From Auanema rhodensis (Eukaryota; Animalia; Nematoda): 64,000 nt of DNA. Positions 55,142 through 64,000 of this stretch are shown here, piece after piece (position 1 is the stretch's first letter; each line of letters starts with the position of its first letter). The notes beneath the pieces are model-generated. The model ran no database searches. It saw only the letters and a program-made list of their open reading frames with translations, and was not told the DNA's origin. The DNA is taken from positions 18,724,001-18,788,000 of the forward strand of contig OZ059894.1 of the NCBI GenBank assembly GCA_964057225.1, written 5' to 3'. The translations under genes were made by a program, and so were the position numbers.

Positions 55142-56406
55142 GGCTCTAGTGCAGTTTTTCCCCCCCCCCCGCCTAAGCCCCGCCCCTTTTGCCAAACGGT
55201 GCATACTTTTTGTCAACCTGTATAATTTTAAACCGGCGGGAGACATACCTTTCAGAACGGGGGGTTTGGGGGGTTTACCCCCCATTCTCGGTGTTTAGTT
55301 TTGATTTACTTTTGATTAAATTTAATTATAATATTTTTATTATTCACGGTTATTAATATCATTCATAAAATCATTAATATCACATAACATATTTTCAAAA
55401 AGGTCTGAATTTATGTGTCTACGGCGCCACATAAATTCACACAAATAACCATCTAACATGTGAGTCTGTACCCCCCATAAACGCTTAAATTTGGCTTTCG
55501 CAATGTTCCAAACTCCCTCTATAGTATTAGTATGAGCTGCGGTTTCGGGGTCAACAAAATTATATGTATGGTTAACCGTCAGATGGGTGTATTGCTTGTT
55601 TAAAGATTCTAACCCCCCATAAGCGCGCCAGCAGTCTGATATTATAGTACTTCCAGGATTTATTGAGAACTCAATACATTCCTGGAGAGTAGCTCTACTT
55701 CTATCAGGCACTGCATACAAAAAACATTCCTTTGTCTCACGACATATCCCCCCAAACACCCATTGCTCTGGCTTAACCCTACCAACATTATATTTACGCT
55801 TAGATACAAGGGTCTCATCTATCTCTACAGTCATATTAGGGCCCCCTATTTTAACTGGATTTTTTAAAAGGGAGTGGGCACAGACCTCACGTAAAAAATT
55901 ATTATAGTCTACTACAGTATGATTGGATCCTATTCCCAGCTCATCTTTGCAAAATTGAACTGTAGTATACTCCTTTGTCCAACAGTAGATGAAGAGTATG
56001 AAGTTAGCATACGATAAGTGAGAACCTATTTAATTTTAATTATTTACATCTTAAATGTGAAGCTATACCTTCTAAAAATGTTCTTTTTTTTAATTGCTGT
56101 TCTTTCCTACAGCTTTTTTTGGGGCATCTCCACCGTTCACGCTCTATTGAGAGCTTCATTTCAGATTGGCAGAGGCTACAGATCATAGCATCTGGTAACA
56201 ACCCCTTTTCTTGCAAAAATCGAATTGCATTTTCTTTAGTTGCAACTTTATCTCTTAGAGCGAACATGCTGTCAGATTGACTTCGAGATATCGATTGTTT
56301 TTTATTTGATATTTATTATAATTTTTTTAATTTTTAAGCAACTGTGTGCTTTTCGGCAAAAGGGGCGGGGCTTAGGGCCGGGGGGGGGAAAAACTGCACT
56401 TGAACC
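55142..56406 (-). mobile_element. Merlin copy 6 (second unit of tandem dimer)
   Basis: Starts GGCTCTAG at 55142. The right end is followed by TCCATGTA and then satellite. Confidence 0.96.
55340..56267 (-). CDS. Merlin transposase, 294 aa (intron 56026-56068)
   Basis: Same structure as copy 1. Confidence 0.92.
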
Positions 56407-59400
56407 TCCATGTACACTCAACATTGCTTCCAAAAACATTTTGACAAAAATTTTTTCGAAAAATTTCAAAATAATTTAGCAAAAAGTAGATGTTTTTAGA
56501 TTCCTTTTTTCAAGGCAAAGACGATGGACAATGTTATTCAACGAAAAAAATAATTCTTCAGGGTGAAAATCGAGGATATAAGTGTGAACTTATATCAGTT
56601 GATATCTCGGTGCATTTTTAAGCTAGCGCAAATCTGATAACACAGATCGACGCAGCTTAAAAATCCGCATTGAATGCACTATACTACATTGAGAAACGCT
56701 TAATACAAAAATTAGTTATGATCGTTTGAAAAATGATGCATTAGTGTATGTTGAGTTTCCATGTACACTCAACATTGCTTCCAAAAACATTTTGACAAAA
56801 ATTTTTTCGAAAAATTTCAAAATAATTTAGCAAAAAGTAGATGTTTTTAGATTCCTTTTTTCAAGGCAAAGACGATGGACAATGTTATTCAACGAAAAAA
56901 TTAATTCTTCAGGGTGAAAATCGAGGATATAAGTGTGAACTTATATCAGTTGATATCTCGGTGCATTTTTAAGCTAGCGCAAATCTGATAACACAGATCG
57001 ACGCAGCTTAAAAATCCGCATCGAATGCACTATACTACATTGAGAAACGCTTAATACAAAAATTAGTTATGATCGTTTGAAAAATGATGCATTAGTGTAT
57101 GTTGAGTTTCCATGTACACTCAACATTGCTTCCAAAAACATTTTGACAAAAATTTTTTCGAAAAATTTCAAAATAATTTAGCAAAAAGTAGATGTTTTTA
57201 GATTCCTTTTTTCAAGGCAAAGACGATGGACAATGTTATTCAACGAAAAAATTAATTCTTCAGGGTGAAAATCGAGGATATAAGTGTGAACTTATATCAG
57301 TTGATATCTCGGTGCATTTTTAAGCTAGCGCAAATCTGATAACACAGATCGACGCAGCTTAAAAATCCGCATCGAATGCACTATACTACATTGAGAAACG
57401 CTTAATACAAAAATTAGTTATGATCGTTTGAAAAATGATGCATTAGTGTATGTTGAGTTTCCATGTACACTCAACATTGCTTCCAAAAACATTTTGACAA
57501 AAATTTTTTCGAAAAATTTCAAAATAATTTAGCAAAAAGTAGATGTTTTTAGATTCCTTTTTTCAAGGCAAAGACGATGGACAATGTTATTCAACGAAAA
57601 AAATAATTCTTCAGGGTGAAAATCGAGGATATAAGTGTGAACTTATATCAGTTGATATCTCGGTGCATTTTTAAGCTAGCGCAAATCTGATAACACAGAT
57701 CGACGCAGCTTAAAAATCCGCATCGAATGCACTATACTACATTGAGAAACGCTTAATACAAAAATTAGTTATGATCGTTTGAAAAATGATGCATTAGTGT
57801 ATGTTGAGTTTCCATGTACACTCAACATTGCTTCCAAAAACATTTTGACAAAAATTTTTTCGAAAAATTTCAAAATAATTTAGCAAAAAGTAGATGTTTT
57901 TAGATTCCTTTTTTCAAGGCAAAGACGATGGACAATGTTATTCAACGAAAAAAATAATTCTTCAGGGTGAAAATCGAGGATATAAGTGTGAACTTATATC
58001 AGTTGATATCTCGGTGCATTTTTAAGCTAGCGCAAATCTGATAACACAGATCGACGCAGCTTAAAAATCCGCATCGAATGCACTATACTACATTGAGAAA
58101 CGCTTAATACAAAAATTAGTTATGATCGTTTGAAAAATGATGCATTAGTGTATGTTGAGTTTCCATGTACACTCAACATTGCTTCCAAAAACATTTTGAC
58201 AAAAATTTTTTCGAAAAATTTCAAAATAATTTAGCAAAAAGTAGATGTTTTTAGATTCCTTTTTTCAAGGCAAAGACGATGGACAATGTTATTCAACGAA
58301 AAAAATAATTCTTCAGGGTGAAAATCGAGGATATAAGTGTGAACTTATATCAGTTGATATCTCGGTGCATTTTTAAGCTAGCGCAAATCTGATAACACAG
58401 ATCGACGCAGCTTAAAAATCCGCATCGAATGCACTATACTACATTGAGAAACGCTTAATACAAAAATTAGTTATGATCGTTTGAAAAATGATGCATTAGT
58501 GTATGTTGAGTTTCCATGTACACTCAACATTGCTTCCAAAAACATTTTGACAGAAATTTTTTCGAAAAATTTCAAAATAATTTAGCAAAAAGTAGATGTT
58601 TTTAGATTCCTTTTTTCAAGGCAAAGACGATGGACAATGTTATTCAACGAAAAAATTAATTCTTCAGGGTGAAAATCGAGGATATAAGTGTGAACTTATA
58701 TCAGTTGATATCTCGGTGCATTTTTAAGCTAGCGCAAATCTGATAACACAGATCGACGCAGCTTAAAAATCCGCATCGAATGCACTATACTACATTGAGA
58801 AACGCTTAATACAAAAATTAGTTATGATCGTTTGAAAAATGATGCATTAGTGTATGTTGAGTTTCCATGTACACTCAACATTGCTTCCAAAAACATTTTG
58901 ACAAAAATTTTTTCGAAAAATTTCAAAATAATTTAGCAAAAAGTAGATGTTTTTAGATTCCTTTTTTCAAGGCAAAGACGATGGACAATGTTATTCAACG
59001 AAAAAATTAATTCTTCAGGGTGAAAATCGAGGATATAAGTGTGAACTTATATCAGTTGATATCTCGGTGCATTTTTAAGCTAGCGCAAATCTGATAACAC
59101 AGATCGACGCAGCTTAAAAATCCGCATCGAATGCACTATACTACATTGAGAAACGCTTAATACAAAAATTAGTTATGATCGTTTGAAAAATGATGCATTA
59201 GTGTATGTTGAGTTTCCATGTACACTCAACATTGCTTCCAAAAACATTTTGACAAAAATTTTTTCGAAAAATTTCAAAATAATTTAGCAAAAAGTAGATG
59301 TTTTTAGATTCCTTTTTTCAAGGCAAAGACGATGGACAATGTTATTCAACGAAAAAATTAATTCTTCAGGGTGAAAATCGAGGATATAAGTGTGAACTTA

Positions 59401-60626
59401 TATCAGTTGATATCTCGGTGCATTTTTAAGCTAGCGCAAATCTGATAACACAGATCGACGCAGCTTAAAAATCCGCATCGAATGCACTATACTACATTGA
59501 GAAACGCTTAATACAAAAATTAGTTATGATCGTTTGAAAAATGATGCATTAGTGTATGTTGAGTTTCCATGTACACTCAACATTGCTTCCAAAAACATTT
59601 TGACAAAAATTTTTTCGAAAAATTTCAAAATAATTTAGCAAAAAGTAGATGTTTTTAGATTCCTTTTTTCAAGGCAAAGACGATGGACAATGTTATTCAA
59701 CGAAAAAATTAATTCTTCAGGGTGAAAATCGAGGATATAAGTGTGAACTTATATCAGTTGATATCTCGGTGCATTTTTAAGCTAGCGCAAATCTGATAAC
59801 ACAGATCGACGCAGCTTAAAAATCCGCATCGAATGCACTATACTACATTGAGAAACGCTTAATACAAAAATTAGTTATGATCGTTTGAAAAATGATGCAT
59901 TAGTGTATGTTGAGTTTCCATGTACACTCAACATTGCTTCCAAAAACATTTTGACAAAAATTTTTTCGAAAAATTTCAAAATAATTTAGCAAAAAGTAGA
60001 TGTTTTTAGATTCCTTTTTTCAAGGCAAAGACGATGGACAATGTTATTCAACGAAAAAATTAATTCTTCAGGGTGAAAATCGAGGATATAAGTGTGAACT
60101 TATATCAGTTGATATCTCGGTGCATTTTTAAGCTAGCGCAAATCTGATAACACAGATCGACGCAGCTTAAAAATCCGCATCGAATGCACTATACTACATT
60201 GAGAAACGCTTAATACAAAAATTAGTTATGATCGTTTGAAAAATGATGCATTAGTGTATGTTGAGTTTCCATGTACACTCAACATTGCTTCCAAAAACAT
60301 TTTGACAAAAATTTTTTCGAAAAATTTCAAAATAATTTAGCAAAAAGTAGATGTTTTTAGATTCCTTTTTTCAAGGCAAAGACGATGGACAATGTTATTC
60401 AACGAAAAAATTAATTCTTCAGGGTGAAAATCGAGGATATAAGTGTGAACTTATATCAGTTGATATCTCGGTGCATTTTTAAGCTAGCGCAAATCTGATA
60501 ACACAGATCGACGCAGCTTAAAAATCCGCATCGAATGCACTATACTACATTGAGAAACGCTTAATACAAAAATTAGTTATGATCGTTTGAAAAATGATGC
60601 ATTAGTGTATGTTGAGTTTCCATGTA

Positions 60627-61891
60627 GGCTCTAGTGCAGTTTTTCCCCCCCCCCCCGCCTAAGCCCCGCCCCTTTTGCCAAACGGTGCATACTTTTTGTC
60701 AACCTGTATAATTTTAAACCGGCGGGAGACATACCTTTCAGAACGGGGGGTTTGGGGGGTTTACCCCCCATTCTCGGTGTTTAGTTTTGATTTACTTTTG
60801 ATTAAATTTAATTATAATATTTTTATTATTCACGGTTATTAATATCATTCATAAAATCATTAATATCACATAACATATTTTCAAAAAGGTCTGAATTTAT
60901 GTGTCTACGGCGCCACATAAATTCACACAAATAACCATCTAACATGTGAGTCTGTACCCCCCATAAACGCTTAAATTTGGCTTTCGCAATGTTCCAAACT
61001 CCCTCTATAGTATTAGTATGAGCTGCGGTTTCGGGGTCAACAAAATTATATGTATGGTTAACCGTCAGATGGGTGTATTGCTTGTTTAAAGATTCTAACC
61101 CCCCATAAGCGCGCCAGCAGTCTGATATTATAGTACTTCCAGGATTTATTGAGAACTCAATACATTCCTGGAGAGTAGCTCTACTTCTATCAGGCACTGC
61201 ATACAAAAAACATTCCTTTGTCTCACGACATATCCCCCCAAACACCCATTGCTCTGGCTTAACCCTACCAACATTATATTTACGCTTAGATACAAGGGTC
61301 TCATCTATCTCTACAGTCATATTAGGGCCCCCTATTTTAACTGGATTTTTTAAAAGGGAGTGGGCACAGACCTCACGTAAAAAATTATTATAGTCTACTA
61401 CAGTATGATTGGATCCTATTCCCAGCTCATCTTTGCAAAATTGAACTGTAGTATACTCCTTTGTCCAACAGTAGATGAAGAGTATGAAGTTAGCATACGA
61501 TAAGTGAGAACCTATTTAATTTTAATTATTTACATCTTAAATGTGAAGCTATACCTTCTAAAAATGTTCTTTTTTTTAATTGCTGTTCTTTCCTACAGCT
61601 TTTTTTGGGGCATCTCCACCGTTCACGCTCTATTGAGAGCTTCATTTCAGATTGGCAGAGGCTACAGATCATAGCATCTGGTAACAACCCCTTTTCTTGC
61701 AAAAATCGAATTGCATTTTCTTTAGTTGCAACTTTATCTCTTAGAGCGAACATGCTGTCAGATTGACTTCGAGATATCGATTGTTTTTTATTTGATATTT
61801 ATTATAATTTTTTTAATTTTTAAGCAACTGTGTGCTTTTCGGCAAAAGGGGCGGGGCTTAGGGCCGGGGGGGGAAAAACTGCACTTGAACC
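60627..61891 (-). mobile_element. Merlin copy 7 (complete, 1265 bp)
   Basis: TIRs and TCCATGTA TSD on both sides. Confidence 0.96.
60826..61753 (-). CDS. Merlin transposase, 294 aa (intron 61512-61554)
   Basis: Same structure as copy 1. Confidence 0.92.
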
Positions 61892-62953
61892 TCCATGTAC
61901 ACTCAACATTGCTTCCAAAAACATTTTGACAAAAATTTTTTCGAAAAATTTCAAAATAATTTAGCAAAAAGTAGATGTTTTTAGATTCCTTTTTTCAAGG
62001 CAAAGACGATGGACAATGTTATTCAACGAAAAAAATAATTCTTCAGGGTGAAAATCGAGGATATAAGTGTGAACTTATATCAGTTGATATCTCGGTGCAT
62101 TTTTAAGCTAGCGCAAATCTGATAACACAGATCGACGCAGCTTAAAAATCCGCATCGAATGCACTATACTACATTGAGAAACGCTTAATACAAAAATTAG
62201 TTATGATCGTTTGAAAAATGATGCATTAGTGTATGTTGAGTTTCCATGTACACTCAACATTGCTTCCAAAAACATTTTGACAAAAATTTTTTCGAAAAAT
62301 TTCAAAATAATTTAGCAAAAAGTAGATGTTTTTAGATTCCTTTTTTTCAAGGCAAAGACGATGGACAATGTTATTCAACGAAAAAAATAATTCTTCAGGG
62401 TGAAAATCGAGGATATAAGTGTGAACTTATATCAGTTGATATCTCGGTGCATTTTTAAGCTAGCGCAAATCTGATAACACAGATCGACGCAGCTTAAAAA
62501 TCCGCATCGAATGCACTATACTACATTGAGAAACGCTTAATACAAAAATTAGTTATGATCGTTTGAAAAATGATGCATTAGTGTATGTTGAGTTTCCATG
62601 TACACTCAACATTGCTTCCAAAAACATTTTGACAAAAATGTTTTCGAAAAATTTCAAAATAATTTAGCAAAAAGTAGATGTTTTTAGATTCCTTTTTTCA
62701 AGGCAAAGACGATGGACAATGTTATTCAACGAAAAAATTAATTCTTCAGGGTGAAAATCGAGGATATAAGTGTGAACTTATATCAGTTGATATCTCGGTG
62801 CATTTTTAAGCTAGCGCAAATCTGATAACACAGATCGACGCAGCTTAAAAATCCGCATCGAATGCACTATACTACATTGAGAAACGCTTAATACAAAAAT
62901 TAGTTATGATCGTTTGAAAAATGATGCATTAGTGTATGTTGAGTTTCCATGTA

Positions 62954-64000
62954 GGCTCTAGTGCAGTTTTTCCCCCCCCCCCCGCCTAAGCCCCGCCCCT
63001 TTTGCCAAACGGTGCATACTTTTTGTCAACCTGTATAATTTTAAACCGGCGGGAGACATACCTTTCAGAACGGGGGGTTTGGGGGGTTTACCCCCCATTC
63101 TCGGTGTTTAGTTTTGATTTACTTTTGATTAAATTTAATTATAATATTTTTATTATTCACGGTTATTAATATCATTCATAAAATCATTAATATCACATAA
63201 CATATTTTCAAAAAGGTCTGAATTTATGTGTCTACGGCGCCACATAAATTCACACAAATAACCATCTAACATGTGAGTCTGTACCCCCCATAAACGCTTA
63301 AATTTGGCTTTCGCAATGTTCCAAACTCCCTCTATAGTATTAGTATGAGCTGCGGTTTCGGGGTCAACAAAATTATATGTATGGTTAACCGTCAGATGGG
63401 TGTATTGCTTGTTTAAAGATTCTAACCCCCCATAAGCGCGCCAGCAGTCTGATATTATAGTACTTCCAGGATTTATTGAGAACTCAATACATTCCTGGAG
63501 AGTAGCTCTACTTCTATCAGGCACTGCATACAAAAAACATTCCTTTGTCTCACGACATATCCCCCCAAACACCCATTGCTCTGGCTTAACCCTACCAACA
63601 TTATATTTACGCTTAGATACAAGGGTCTCATCTATCTCTACAGTCATATTAGGGCCCCCTATTTTAACTGGATTTTTTAAAAGGGAGTGGGCACAGACCT
63701 CACGTAAAAAATTATTATAGTCTACTACAGTATGATTGGATCCTATTCCCAGCTCATCTTTGCAAAATTGAACTGTAGTATACTCCTTTGTCCAACAGTA
63801 GATGAAGAGTATGAAGTTAGCATACGATAAGTGAGAACCTATTTAATTTTAATTATTTACATCTTAAATGTGAAGCTATACCTTCTAAAAATGTTCTTTT
63901 TTTTAATTGCTGTTCTTTCCTACAGCTTTTTTTGGGGCATCTCCACCGTTCACGCTCTATTGAGAGCTTCATTTCAGATTGGCAGAGGCTACAGATCATA
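62954..64000 (-). mobile_element. Merlin copy 8 (cut by window edge)
   Basis: Left TSD TCCATGTA (62946-62953) and left TIR are present. The element runs off the window. Confidence 0.95.
63153..64000 (-). CDS. Merlin transposase, 5'-partial (intron 63839-63881)
   Basis: Exon 2 is complete and exon 1 is truncated by the window edge. Confidence 0.88.

Larger units (their letters stand above)
1..62953. repeat. Tandem satellite DNA array, 351-bp monomer, ~150 copies, interrupted by transposons
   Basis: AACACAGATCGACGCAGC recurs at 1, 352, 3511 and 7021, an exact 351-bp period. Monomers differ only by a few recurrent SNPs and 1-2 bp indels. The copy number is an estimate: (64000 - ~11060 bp of TE)/351. 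The array continues past the left edge. Confidence 0.99.

Overview
Eukaryotic, AT-rich heterochromatin-type DNA with no host genes. About 53 kb is one highly homogeneous head-to-tail satellite array of roughly 150 copies of a 351-bp monomer rich in inverted repeats. The array is interrupted by eight near-identical copies of a ~1.26-kb Merlin (IS1595/ISXO2-like) DNA transposon and by one intact 1411-bp Tc1 (DD34E) element. Six Merlin copies are complete, one has lost its left end and one is cut by the window edge. The two Merlin ORFs of the ORF track are one gene split by a 43-bp GT-AG intron, giving a 294-aa transposase. The main observation is that every readable Merlin-satellite junction, other than the deletion breakpoint of copy 3, lies at the same monomer position and orientation. 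The 8-bp TSD (TCCATGTA) is centred exactly on a 28-bp dyad of the monomer (ATGTTGAGT-t-TCCATGTA-c-ACTCAACAT). This is a candidate satellite-targeting, site-specific Merlin. Passive co-amplification with the array explains at least some copies and cannot be excluded from this window alone. The very short intron and low GC are compatible with a nematode-like host, but the organism cannot be identified from the sequence.
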